IMG/VR virus record: IMGVR_UViG_3300044829_000002
Coordinates: 1-64,000 of that record
Reading direction: 5' to 3' (one strand)
Length of the DNA: 64,000 nt
From: a virus
Taxonomy: Duplodnaviria; Caudoviricetes
Each line of letters opens with the position of its first letter. Position 1 is the first letter of the stretch. A program made the translations under genes and the position numbers. Below are positions 47,815 to 57,378 of the stretch, one piece after another. Below the pieces are notes generated by a model. It made no database searches, was not told where the DNA came from, and saw only the letters and a program-made list of their open reading frames with translations.

Positions 47815-49557
47815 CTAATCCTTTCCGTGAACCCTAGCGGCCAACTGGCTGGACAGCAACCGCAAGGCCCTCTGGTCGAGTTCAGCGTCGGTCGGCTGCG
47901 AGGTATGAACCGACACCAAACCGGACGCGATCATAGCTTCGATTTTACCGGACGCAGAAACATACGTCCGAACGCGAGGCACCTGGAACCCTGACACGTT
48001 GACCGTCAGCATGCCAACAAGCCGGAGTTGCCCGCCGATCATCCGCCAGTCCGGCGACACCTGTCCAGAGGCCCGCAACGCCTGCACCCGTGCGGCCTGA
48101 GCCGACGGCCGGATAGCACCGGCAACCCAGATCCCGGCTTTGCAGTTCCCGGTGACGATGTCAGCAACTACTGCCTCGGTATTGTCGTAATGCTCGGCTG
48201 CGCGCTGCCACGATCCGATCGTCAGTGACGCGTGCCCGATCCCGGCCGTGATCTGCCCGACCGCCACACTCGTCCCGTCATCGCACGACTGACTGCCGGT
48301 CAAGTAGTAGGAGTGGAAGTCTTCACGCGGTGGCAGAATGCACTCTCCCTGATATCCCAGGTGACAGACACCCCATTCGGTTGCCAGGCCGTAGACCTGA
48401 CCGGAATCAGTGACCGTGATCGGCGTGGGCACCTTGATCTCAGGATCATTGAACCAGTCCCTCTTCGGCCGATACGTGTCGTGCCAGGCATGGGCGACAA
48501 GCGCATGCTGCGGCTCAAACGGTGGCTGCTTCTGTCCGGCCGCTTCCAGGTGTGCAGCCAGATGGTTGTAGACCGCTTCCTTCTCATGCTCAGGGATGCG
48601 CGAGCCATGCACGGCGTTGATCACTGCCGTGCATGCCGAAATGTTTGCCGGTCCCGGCACGCCGGTGTCGCTGATCTCGTGATGCAAGAATCGGCATTCA
48701 TCCCGCTTGACGTAATCGTTCGCGTCGTCGGTGTCCACGAACGCATACGCGGCACGTGCCGCCGCTGGACTCGTGTTGGCCGCGAGTCGCGCTTCCTGAG
48801 CCGCCCCGTCCCATGCCTCGCTGGACAACTCGGACTCATGGACCGACACGGCAGCTCGGACGATCAGTGCGGCTGCGGCTACGACCGTCCCCCCGTCCGC
48901 ACCATCGATCGTGTGCAGGGTCGCCTCGACGTAGGCAGGGATGTCGCACAGTGTCGCGGCCCGCATCCGTGCCGAGTGAAAGATGATCTTTTTGGGGGAT
49001 GCGAACAGCAGCGAGATAATGTCGCCGTCGTCCTCGGATTCGTTGTCCTCGTCGTCCCACACGTACTCGACATCAGCGTCCGTGATGTCATCAGCGTTGA
49101 TCGAGACTCCGTTGAGCATCTGATCGCCCATCCGCCGCTGCGCCTCGGCGGCGTCGGCGTGAGTGTCGAACCGGCCCTCGCCGTAGATCAGCGCACCGTC
49201 GCGCCACACCCGATCGATCCGGCCGACCGCGACGGTCACGTCGTGGTCGCCGCCATGACTGGATTCTTTCTGCCATTGCAACGGCATCGTCACTGTGGCG
49301 GTGTCAACCCAACTCAGCGAGTCGGTGGCGAACTCCCGGCCGTCTCCGGTGGGGGTGCCTTCGACCACGAGCACGCCACGCCATTGAGTGGTGGCGCTGT
49401 CGGCTGTGAACGTCTCCGCGTCTCCGCTCATGCCGGACATCATGGGAGCGAACGTCTCCACCGTCTCAGTCTCGCTCGCGTTGTCTTTGAGTCGCTTGTC
49501 CTTTTTGGTGCCCTCGTTGGGCTTCCCTCCAAGCACCGCGCTGTCCGTGGTGGTCAT
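47815..49557 (-). CDS. Capsid maturation protease (multi-domain)
   Basis: EGTPTGDGREF...PLQWQ...VAVGRID...GVSINADD...RAATLCDIPAY; C-terminal GDWR-like SPDWR.IGGQLRLVG. Confidence 0.85.
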   Translation of the reverse strand: MTTTDSAVLGGKPNEGTKKDKRLKDNASETETVETFAPMMSGMSGDAETFTADSATTQWRGVLVVEGTPTGDGREFATDSLSWVDTATVTMPLQWQKESSHGGDHDVTVAVGRIDRVWRDGALIYGEGRFDTHADAAEAQRRMGDQMLNGVSINADDITDADVEYVWDDEDNESEDDGDIISLLFASPKKIIFHSARMRAATLCDIPAYVEATLHTIDGADGGTVVAAAALIVRAAVSVHESELSSEAWDGAAQEARLAANTSPAAARAAYAFVDTDDANDYVKRDECRFLHHEISDTGVPGPANISACTAVINAVHGSRIPEHEKEAVYNHLAAHLEAAGQKQPPFEPQHALVAHAWHDTYRPKRDWFNDPEIKVPTPITVTDSGQVYGLATEWGVCHLGYQGECILPPREDFHSYYLTGSQSCDDGTSVAVGQITAGIGHASLTIGSWQRAAEHYDNTEAVVADIVTGNCKAGIWVAGAIRPSAQAARVQALRASGQVSPDWRMIGGQLRLVGMLTVNVSGFQVPRVRTYVSASGKIEAMIASGLVSVHTSQPTDAELDQRALRLLSSQLAARVHGKD

Positions 49558-50990
49558 GTCGTCTCCTCATCAGATGGGCTCAAAATATCAGGCGCAAGCG
49601 AAATATCGGTGGCCTGATCACCGAACGCGACCCGTACACGGTCGAACATGATTGGCCCGACTCGTTTCAACGCCTCCGACAACAGGTCTAGGTCGGTCGA
49701 ATATGCCAAGCAGCAATGAGGCGACCAAGGCTCATGCTGCAAGGGAAGCGCCTCGAACATGTCGGCAGAATCGATCACGTGACGGGCCTCATCGAACGCA
49801 TCGGTCAGGTACCCGGTCGGGCCGTCCCCGACATTAAGCACCAGCGCCGGGGTGTCGCTGATCGGATTCCAGATCGCCACACCGAACCCGCTGGCCTCGA
49901 TCACACCGTAGCCGCTGAACAGAGACTCGGCGTTAGCGACGACCGACTGCCTCGCCGTGTCATCCCAGGTTGCCGCATCACCGAGGAACAGCAGCGTCAG
50001 ATGCAACTCGTCGCGGGGCTCGCCGCCGTCGAGCGCCAGCCGGTCAAGATCGATATCAGCCGGGATGAGTGCGATCATCGCCCCAGTGTGTGCGGGTACG
50101 GCTGCAATCAGCGCGGCCGACGCCGTCTCGCCCTCTGAGTCAATGGCGGCATCGCCGACTTGATCGTCAGGGATATCGAACTGTAGCGTACAGCGACAAT
50201 TAATCGTATTTGCGGGCGAACCACCCGCATCGTGCGGTCTGGACATGGCTTCACCGCCGACCTCGAAGTTGTCATTCAGATCCACCGTCTGACCGCTGGC
50301 TTCCAGATGCCACGGCCGAGTCCGTGGACCCCCAGTGGACAGCCATGTCTTAGTCGCCGGAACATTGAGCGCCTGCATCTGACTCAACGCTCCCGCGTTT
50401 GCCGCTCCGTTGACTTCCGTCCTGGCGATAACCTCAGCTCGCGGCATGGACAGGCCTGTGGCCGAGTTGATCGCCCGCGCCATATCGGCAATGCCGGACC
50501 CGGCCTGCAACTCGTCCAGCAGAGCGCCGCGTGCATGCTCCCAGATTTCGTTGCCGATGTTGACCAGCCGGTTGCGGGCTTCCTGTAAATACTGCTCGAC
50601 GGCCGGGTTGGTCACGCGTGGAATATCGAACGCAACGCCAGCCAGACCAGGCGGCATGCCAGGGTCGGTCAGGCCAGTGTCGAGCGGGTCACTGAGAGGG
50701 TCAGCGAGAGGATCGACTGACGCGATCAGTCCCGGATTCAACGCCCTGACGATCGGCACGGCGACGTCATTGACACCCTGCCAGTAGGCGTGAGCCACAA
50801 CCGGCAACAGTCGCGCATCGACACGCTTATCCCACACTGTGCGGATCGAGCCGAGATCATCAACGCTCACGCTCCGGCTCAATCCGCTTGTCACGCTGCG
50901 GAGTGTTCCTCGGATCTCGGCGGTGACCCGCACGGTGATGTCGTCGCCTAGCTGATCGAGCGCGGACAGGCTTGGGCCGTTGACGCGCAT
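49554..50990 (-). CDS. MuF-like minor head protein fused to a 2H phosphoesterase
   Basis: RAEVIARTE...KTWLST...RTRPWH..A.GQ...PHD..G...INCRC (MuF); ELHLTL.FLG and PHCCLAY (2H motifs). Confidence 0.85.
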   Translation of the reverse strand: MRVNGPSLSALDQLGDDITVRVTAEIRGTLRSVTSGLSRSVSVDDLGSIRTVWDKRVDARLLPVVAHAYWQGVNDVAVPIVRALNPGLIASVDPLADPLSDPLDTGLTDPGMPPGLAGVAFDIPRVTNPAVEQYLQEARNRLVNIGNEIWEHARGALLDELQAGSGIADMARAINSATGLSMPRAEVIARTEVNGAANAGALSQMQALNVPATKTWLSTGGPRTRPWHLEASGQTVDLNDNFEVGGEAMSRPHDAGGSPANTINCRCTLQFDIPDDQVGDAAIDSEGETASAALIAAVPAHTGAMIALIPADIDLDRLALDGGEPRDELHLTLLFLGDAATWDDTARQSVVANAESLFSGYGVIEASGFGVAIWNPISDTPALVLNVGDGPTGYLTDAFDEARHVIDSADMFEALPLQHEPWSPHCCLAYSTDLDLLSEALKRVGPIMFDRVRVAFGDQATDISLAPDILSPSDEETT

Positions 50991-50993
50991 GGC

Positions 50994-52808
50994 TCACCGC
51001 ACGACCGGACTCAGCGTCGGCAGCATGTTCACTACCGCCGCGTCGGTCATGCGCGTACCGATGCGGGGTGAGCCGTCCGGTGCGAGATAGCACTGGTAGG
51101 CACCGGGGCTGCCGGGTCGAGCTTTGATGAAGTCACCCCAGGTGCCGGTGTTCACCGGGCATTGGAACAGGTGAGCCTGGCATTCAGCCGGGTGCAGCAG
51201 CTCGTACCCGCCGTTGCTCAACGGGGAGATACGGATTGCGTGCGGCAGTCGTGCCTGCTTCAAGAGTTGGACGGTGTGTGCTTCGCTGCCTGGTCCAGGC
51301 TTGCCGTCAGGTGGCGGGACAGGCTGTTCGGGTGGCGTATTGGTCGGTGACGGCTCCGGCTCTGCACCTGAAACGGCCGGTGCGTCCGTCGGGATCGTTC
51401 GCGTAGTGCCGATCGGTACCTCGACGTAGACGCCGGTCAGTTCCTTCAACGCGGCGAACGCGGTGGCCGGGTCTGTGGAGAGTTTCAGCAGGATCATCCT
51501 GATCAGCTCGTCGTTGGACGGCTTGTCATCCTCATCGAACCCGATCTCGCGCCGCAACGCTTCACCGGATATTTCGCCCAGGCCGTAGGCGGTGACCGCC
51601 TTGTCGGAACGGTCGGGGCGGATGGTGATTTCGCTCGCGTCGTACCAGACGACGATGTCCTCGATGCTTTCTCCGGCCGCGAGGAGACGCGGATGGAGGT
51701 AGCCCTCGGTCAACGCCTGGCAGATCAGTTCCGTGTCGGGTGCCAGGTATCGCTTGAATGATGTTTCCTCGATCAGCCAGCCGGACCAATGGTTGATGTC
51801 GGCCATGCCGAGCAGTGATTCCGGGGGGACGTCCAAGTCCATTGCTAGCCGCTTGTCGGCAGCCTCCCGCTTCTCGATGATCTTCTGATCGAGTTTCATC
51901 GTGAAATCGATGTGTTGCACCTTGTCCACGTATTCCGCCGCGATGCGGATCGGCATGGGCACCACGGCCGACGCTGAGCCGGGGGTGCTGATCGCTTCCG
52001 CCGCGATCTCGATCCATTCGGCGACGAACGGGTCGGCCGCGTCCTGGAATTCTTCTCGCACAGGGAAGGTGACTTCGTTCGGCAGTACGAGCAGGCCCGC
52101 CGATGCGATGCGGGAAAGATACTGGCTGACGATGTGCCGGTTCGCCAGCTCAAGCTCGCGCATGGTGGATCGTGCGGCGCGTGCTGAGGAGTCGGCGATG
52201 TGGAAGAACCGCTTGTGGGGTCGCCACACCCGGACCACGAGGGATTCAGCGGACAGGGACCGCCAGCGGATGGTGTTGCCCGCCGACCGCTCATCCACTA
52301 CCTGATACGGCGACACCGCATTCTCAGCCGTTCCGTAGCGACTGGCGGCGGTCGGCCGATACCGGACCTCGTCGGTGGAGCGGGCGGTCCACACGTTCCG
52401 CCCGTCGGCCAGGGTCTCTCCGATGATGAATCCTTCACCGGGGACCGAGAGATACACGGCGAGGTTGGACATGATGCCGGATTGGGCACCGGCTGATAGT
52501 TCGGAGATCAGGTCAGCGGCGGGGCCGACGTCGAGAATGGTCGGCTCGTCTTGACCGGCGTCCTTTTTCGCGGCACGGAGCCGAACGCGGGACAGCATGT
52601 CCGCTTTCCACATGACGGCGTTGCGGAACATGCCGAGCGAATCCCAGTAGCCCCACGCTTCCCGCTGCCATTCCTGCTCATCGGGTAGCAGTTTGGAACG
52701 GTATGGGTCGGTGGCTGATTGCTGGCTGACGATGGTCGCGGCAGCTACTAGTCCGGCAGACGACTGTTTCGGTGTGGGCGCGAGCCAGGACAGCAGCCTT
52801 AGTGCCAT
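50994..52808 (-). CDS. Portal protein
   Basis: WQREAWGYWD..G....VPGE...RVWRPH...ADS...SRIASAGLL.LP.E...RLAMDLDVPPE.LLG...NHWSGW. Confidence 0.9.
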   Translation of the reverse strand: MALRLLSWLAPTPKQSSAGLVAAATIVSQQSATDPYRSKLLPDEQEWQREAWGYWDSLGMFRNAVMWKADMLSRVRLRAAKKDAGQDEPTILDVGPAADLISELSAGAQSGIMSNLAVYLSVPGEGFIIGETLADGRNVWTARSTDEVRYRPTAASRYGTAENAVSPYQVVDERSAGNTIRWRSLSAESLVVRVWRPHKRFFHIADSSARAARSTMRELELANRHIVSQYLSRIASAGLLVLPNEVTFPVREEFQDAADPFVAEWIEIAAEAISTPGSASAVVPMPIRIAAEYVDKVQHIDFTMKLDQKIIEKREAADKRLAMDLDVPPESLLGMADINHWSGWLIEETSFKRYLAPDTELICQALTEGYLHPRLLAAGESIEDIVVWYDASEITIRPDRSDKAVTAYGLGEISGEALRREIGFDEDDKPSNDELIRMILLKLSTDPATAFAALKELTGVYVEVPIGTTRTIPTDAPAVSGAEPEPSPTNTPPEQPVPPPDGKPGPGSEAHTVQLLKQARLPHAIRISPLSNGGYELLHPAECQAHLFQCPVNTGTWGDFIKARPGSPGAYQCYLAPDGSPRIGTRMTDAAVVNMLPTLSPVVR

Positions 52809-52885
52809 TGCCGCGCCTCCCAAACGTTACGGTTTGTAGCGCAGCATATCTACCGGGAGTCGATTTTGCCGCGTCGTCTTCGCGG

Positions 52886-53470
52886 CTAGATCCAACGCCG
52901 GGGTAATCCCTGAGTGCCGCCGCCTCGGTCCCAGTGCCAGTTATAGGTCACTTCTGGCAAGTGAACGATCTTGGCATTCTGCGCCACGCAGTCCATCGTG
53001 AATCGCTCGTCTTCCCCGCCGACGATCGGCCACTCCTCATCAGGTGGCGTGAACCGTACCGCCTGCGCCAGCTCGGTTCTCACCATCACCCCGGACATGC
53101 TGCCGGTGATGTGGGGCTCGGCGTTGTCGAACGGCTTGCCGAAATACGGCAGTGGGTCCGGGCCGCGAATGTAGGTCAGGTCATACCAGCCGTATACGTA
53201 GTCCGCGTCGGTGTCCTCGGCGCAGGCTAGTAGTCGTTCGATGTGCTGCGGCTTGTGCTCGTCGTCGTCGTCCAAGAACGCAACCCACGTGGTACGCACA
53301 CCGGCCAGCGCCCGATTGCGGGTGTCCCATGCACCGATGTGAAACAGATCCACAGCGACAGACACACCGTCAACCCGGTGGGTCTGCTCCCACACCGAAT
53401 CGAGCGCCCGCCACAGCAAGTCTCGACGCGGCGGGATGGTTGGAATAGCGACCGTCACGTCGCGTTTCAT
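52886..53470 (-). CDS. Glycosyltransferase family 2 (paralog 1)
   Basis: VTVAIPTIPPR...TRNRAL...WVAFLDDDDE (DxD). Confidence 0.85.
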   Translation of the reverse strand: MKRDVTVAIPTIPPRRDLLWRALDSVWEQTHRVDGVSVAVDLFHIGAWDTRNRALAGVRTTWVAFLDDDDEHKPQHIERLLACAEDTDADYVYGWYDLTYIRGPDPLPYFGKPFDNAEPHITGSMSGVMVRTELAQAVRFTPPDEEWPIVGGEDERFTMDCVAQNAKIVHLPEVTYNWHWDRGGGTQGLPRRWI

Positions 53471-53775
53471 CAGCCGAGGCGGTCCACGAGTACAGCGGCG
53501 GCTCCCCACACGGCCAGCCAGATCAACACCGGCAGCGGTAGGCCCCGGATCAGCCAGGTACCACCCACCAACCCGAGGGAGATCCAGCCGGAGGAGCACC
53601 AGTGACAGGACACCAACTCACCGATAGCCCAGTGATTGCCGTTGGGCCGGTCCGGTCGCAGCCCCACGATCTTGTCCCGTGTCCACTGGACGGGCGGGAA
53701 ATCGTCCTTGACTGTCAGCCGCGTTAAGCGAGCTGACCCAACCGATAATACAATCAGTAGTAGCCAGAGTGTCAT
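53470..53775 (-). CDS. DUF1360-like membrane protein
   Basis: ARLTRLTVKDD...ELVSCHWCSSGW. Confidence 0.75.
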   Translation of the reverse strand: MTLWLLLIVLSVGSARLTRLTVKDDFPPVQWTRDKIVGLRPDRPNGNHWAIGELVSCHWCSSGWISLGLVGGTWLIRGLPLPVLIWLAVWGAAAVLVDRLG

Positions 53776-54314
53776 TCTCCCACCACTCTCAATATCCCCA
53801 ACTCGTGCGGACATACGCCGCCATTGATATGCCGCCCGAAATTACAGTTAGCGCACAACACCCGGAATCCTGCCGGGTAGCCGCGTTTACGTAGCCAGCC
53901 AGCGAGACGCACGCCATTAGTTTCGCGTCGATGAGCCGCGCCGTTGCTCTCAATGTGATCTAGTTGCAGAAACGCTCGCTCAGTCTCGCCGCAGCAACAG
54001 CAGAACCCGCCATACGCGTCAATGGCTGCCTGCTGATCCGCTCTCGCCCACGATGCGTTCTGCTCTCGACGTCGTTCACGATTGAGTTCTCGGAGTTCTC
54101 GTTCCCGAGGTTTGTACGCCTCGTTATATGCCTTGACGTGCTCCCGATGCTTAGCTCCCCAAACCCTATGCCGCTCTCGGTACAACTCTCGGTGAGCTTG
54201 GCGGTACGCTCTCATGCACGTTTTACATTGACTGCACAGGCCGTCTTTCTTACCCTTGCTGCGCCAGAACTCATCGTCGGGCTTGCTTACCTTGCAACCC
54301 GTACAACGCCTCAT
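53772..54314 (-). mobile_element. HNH endonuclease with N-terminal Zn finger
   Basis: CTGCK...CKTC; AYGGFCCCCGE...LQLDHI...VLCANCN. Confidence 0.75.
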
Positions 54315-54550
54315 GCCCGCTCCGGCCAGTGCCAGGTGCCGCCGGGTGAATCCTCCGGCATCGAATGGCCGATGTGCTGATTGAGGAAGATGCCTTGCGG
54401 GTTCATCACGGCCAGCCCTACTCGGTGCTCGTCGTCGTCGGCGTCCACTTCGGTCACGATCGCGGCGCGGCATTGCTGCGTGTACTCGCCGCCCGGTGTG
54501 CCGTAGCTGACGTAGTGAACGATGCGGCCCACGGTCGGTTGCTCAGTCAT
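54311..54550 (-). CDS. Conserved phage hypothetical protein
   Basis: PTVGRIVHYV...RAAIVTEV...LAVMNP.G...GTWHWPER. Confidence 0.7.
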   Translation of the reverse strand: MTEQPTVGRIVHYVSYGTPGGEYTQQCRAAIVTEVDADDDEHRVGLAVMNPQGIFLNQHIGHSMPEDSPGGTWHWPERA

Positions 54551-54852
54551 GGCGCGACCTCCGGCGCGGCGTGCTCGCCAGGCTCGTCAGGCGGCACCCC
54601 CAGTAGCGGCGTGCTCGAATGAGTGTGTGGTGCGATGTAGCCAGCGACAGCGGCGCCGAGTGCGGAAATGACCAGCAACACCAGACCGGCCACAGGAGTA
54701 GGCACCGCAGCGACCGCGTCGGCAACATCAGCAGCGTCACCCGACGCGCCCCACACGGACACGCCAAGCAGCCACAGACCGAACGTGCCGAGCACGGCAC
54801 CAGCACCAGACCCGGCCGTGGCAGCAACGACCTTCGTCTCGATCGCGCTCAT
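54547..54852 (-). CDS. Holin-like membrane protein
   Basis: Two TM helices; KVVAAT...AGYIAPH; directly after the endolysin. Confidence 0.65.
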   Translation of the reverse strand: MSAIETKVVAATAGSGAGAVLGTFGLWLLGVSVWGASGDAADVADAVAAVPTPVAGLVLLVISALGAAVAGYIAPHTHSSTPLLGVPPDEPGEHAAPEVAP

Positions 54853-55859
54853 GCTGGCCCCACAGGGTCAAGAGTGACGTTGCCAGTGTATTTCTGTGCG
54901 GGCAGTGCGGCAGCAATGGCGGTGACAAGCGCTGCCAGTTGCGCATCTGAGAGGGAGAGGTTTACAACGGGAGGGTCTGCCTTGATCGCAGCCACGATCT
55001 CAGCCGTCGTCGGAAAGTCCAATGCGTTGACGGCAGCTACCGTGTCAGTACCAGCCTTGGTCGCTGCCTTTGTCGCGTTGTTCCCGGCAGCCGTAGCCGA
55101 GTTGCCTGCATTCACCGCGTTCTGCGCGATAGTGCGCAACGGCGGATCACTGGTCACCACGGCGTATCGGATATCCGATACCCACTGTCTCGTATCTTGC
55201 AGGAATTGATGTTCCTCGGGTGTCATGTCGTCTCCTGTCGAGCTGTTGGCATAAGGGGAATCGGCGGGCCAGTGAGCATGCAACGCGCTCACGTCGGTGA
55301 TCACGTTGCGATCTGTCGAGTATCCGGGAATGTAGTTGCCGACTTGCTGCCAGATGCAGATGTCGGGTGAACTGGCCGACCAGCCGGGGAAAGCCGTCGA
55401 TGCGGACAGCCAGCACTTCTGATCGATGATCCGATTGGCCCGCAGGTACTTGGCGAGATCTCCTTGCCCGTAGAACGAGATCAGATAGCGGCCCGCGTTG
55501 ATGTCCTGAATGCCCCGGAACGCGTCAGCCACCGCGCCGTAACTCGACGTGGGCACGTTGACGTCCACGCTGAACGGGAACCAGATGGTGCCGTCGGCCG
55601 GGAACTCGCAGCGGATCGCGCCCTCAATACCGATCCGCGCCGCAGCTTGTCCAGCCGAACGGTTGGAGACTAGTTCCCACAGGCCGCGCTCGTAATTGGG
55701 CCAGGCACCCAGCCCAGCGGCGCGCAGCGCGTTGACATGCGATGCCGATTGGGCATATTGACCGGAGACGTAGACGTTGGAAGCGATGATGCCAGCAGCT
55801 TTGAGCACGCTCGGTGGCGGCGGGAACGCGTGATCAGATGCGAACAGAGGACCAGCCAT
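54849..55859 (-). CDS. Endolysin, DUF1906/GH25-like glycoside hydrolase
   Basis: NYE...A...G...IWFPFSVD...FYG...WLSAS...WQQ...DRN motif order; flanked by membrane genes. Confidence 0.75.
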   Translation of the reverse strand: MAGPLFASDHAFPPPPSVLKAAGIIASNVYVSGQYAQSASHVNALRAAGLGAWPNYERGLWELVSNRSAGQAAARIGIEGAIRCEFPADGTIWFPFSVDVNVPTSSYGAVADAFRGIQDINAGRYLISFYGQGDLAKYLRANRIIDQKCWLSASTAFPGWSASSPDICIWQQVGNYIPGYSTDRNVITDVSALHAHWPADSPYANSSTGDDMTPEEHQFLQDTRQWVSDIRYAVVTSDPPLRTIAQNAVNAGNSATAAGNNATKAATKAGTDTVAAVNALDFPTTAEIVAAIKADPPVVNLSLSDAQLAALVTAIAAALPAQKYTGNVTLDPVGPA

Positions 55860-55868
55860 GCCTGAACC

Positions 55869-56210
55869 TTATCGTCTAGCTATTTCATCACCGACGTACT
55901 GATGACTGACTGTGCCGCGTCTGCGAAACACGGCGGCAGCGAACAGCCACAGCCGCCACCATAGACAGATCACGACGAACCCGAACGCGAGCAGCCGCAG
56001 CCATTGAAACGTCACCGAGCGGGGATTAACGAAGTGGCTCAAGGTTGACAGGTCGAGCACGAGCGCAATGGAGATCATGTACATCATCAAGTGCTTGCCG
56101 ATCGCGGTCCTCCGCCACGGCACGCGCGTGTATGCCAACGGCGCCAGGTTGGCTGGGACACAAGCCACGTACAGCATCCATGTCCCTATCGTGATCAACG
56201 TCGGGTTCAT
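55869..56210 (-). CDS. Membrane protein (holin-like)
   Basis: Three TM segments; W.RT.IG.HLM motif. Confidence 0.65.
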   Translation of the reverse strand: MNPTLITIGTWMLYVACVPANLAPLAYTRVPWRRTAIGKHLMMYMISIALVLDLSTLSHFVNPRSVTFQWLRLLAFGFVVICLWWRLWLFAAAVFRRRGTVSHQYVGDEIARR

Positions 56211-56416
56211 TCCTGACCGTCTCTCCCGCTGAGAACCTGGACCAGATCCTCAGCGATGTAGTTACGTTCGATTCGTCGCGTGAGTTTCTGAACAAGTGCT
56301 TTGACCTCAGACGCTTCATTGTGTGTTTGGGCCAGAAGTTTCTTCGCCTCATTGTGTGTTTCGGTGTGCTTGGCTTGCTGTTGACGTCCGCGTCGCCAGT
56401 TCAGCACCCTAATCAC
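56207..56416 (-). CDS. Small basic protein in the lysis cassette
   Basis: ATGA coupling; RNYIAE motif. Confidence 0.5.
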   Translation of the reverse strand: MIRVLNWRRGRQQQAKHTETHNEAKKLLAQTHNEASEVKALVQKLTRRIERNYIAEDLVQVLSGRDGQE

Positions 56417-56705
56417 CGCCTAACTCGCTCCTGCCGTGCTTGGCCCGTACCGCCTGGTCAACAGCCTCGAACGTCTTCTGTGCAGCCAGCGCGGTCGGCA
56501 GGATAACCTGCTGGAACTGTGAGCGGTTCTCTAGGGCGAGGCTACGCCACAGGTCACGGTCAGCTTTAACTTCCTCGTAAGTGCTGCGCTGCACCCAATC
56601 TCGCAGTACGGAGCGAGGCCACCACCGTCCGGTGAAGATCATCAGTACGGCGATTGTGACCAGGCCGCCGGCTCCGATGGGTGCGGCCAGGCTCCACTGA
56701 ATCAT
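56409..56705 (-). CDS. Membrane-anchored coiled-coil protein
   Basis: N-terminal TM; RDLWR motif. Confidence 0.55.
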   Translation of the reverse strand: MIQWSLAAPIGAGGLVTIAVLMIFTGRWWPRSVLRDWVQRSTYEEVKADRDLWRSLALENRSQFQQVILPTALAAQKTFEAVDQAVRAKHGRSELGGD

Positions 56706-57334
56706 CAGCGAGTAGCGATCAGGATGGTCACACCGACCGACACCATCAGGATCACGGTGCCGATGATTGACAAGAGCTGCGCCGTGTCCAGCCGCCGCGC
56801 GTTGGTGTTGTCCACGCCACCGGCCCGGTATTGCTCGATCGTGGTCAGTCGATCCTTCAAGTCAGCGATCTGCGCGGCCAGCGCGTCGGTCGTTGACTTG
56901 AACAACTCGGCCAGTTTGTTGATCGTTTCGCCGGTGGCGACCTCGGATTTATTGATCGCCAGCGTGTTGGACTTGTTCTGCTCGGAGCTGGCTTCCTTCT
57001 GCGCGGCAAATGCCGCGTCTACAGCAACCTTGTTGTCTCGCGCCTCCCGTTCCTGGCGGGTGTCGCGCTCAGCGAATTGGGTGCCGACGGAATGGAACTT
57101 CTCATCCGACAGCTCCCGCAGATGGGTGATCTCTTTCTGAATGTCGGTCGGAGTCCGGTTCACGGTCTCATTCAGCAGTCGAGTGGCAGTGTCGATGCCA
57201 CGCAGCCGTTCGCGGATCACGTCGAGCTGGCCGTCCACGTAATCCCGTTCTGCCTGCACCGACCGGATCAGTTGCTCGGTCGTGAGCACGGTCGGATCTG
57301 GTACTGGGGGTCTTTCAACACTGGTCATGATCAC
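56705..57334 (-). CDS. Coiled-coil protein with C-terminal TM
   Basis: Heptad-rich; hydrophobic C-terminus; RBS GGGAGGG. Confidence 0.6.
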   Translation of the reverse strand: MIMTSVERPPVPDPTVLTTEQLIRSVQAERDYVDGQLDVIRERLRGIDTATRLLNETVNRTPTDIQKEITHLRELSDEKFHSVGTQFAERDTRQEREARDNKVAVDAAFAAQKEASSEQNKSNTLAINKSEVATGETINKLAELFKSTTDALAAQIADLKDRLTTIEQYRAGGVDNTNARRLDTAQLLSIIGTVILMVSVGVTILIATR

Positions 57335-57378
57335 CCTCCCCTTAATTCACAGGAAGCGTATATGACCGCAAGCGAATT

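Noticed and set aside
48232-49617. Long plus-strand ORFs (also 59087-60430, 15993-16856, 18256-19092)
   Set aside because: Each lies exactly opposite a recognisable minus-strand gene and has no motifs; this is typical of high-GC codon bias.
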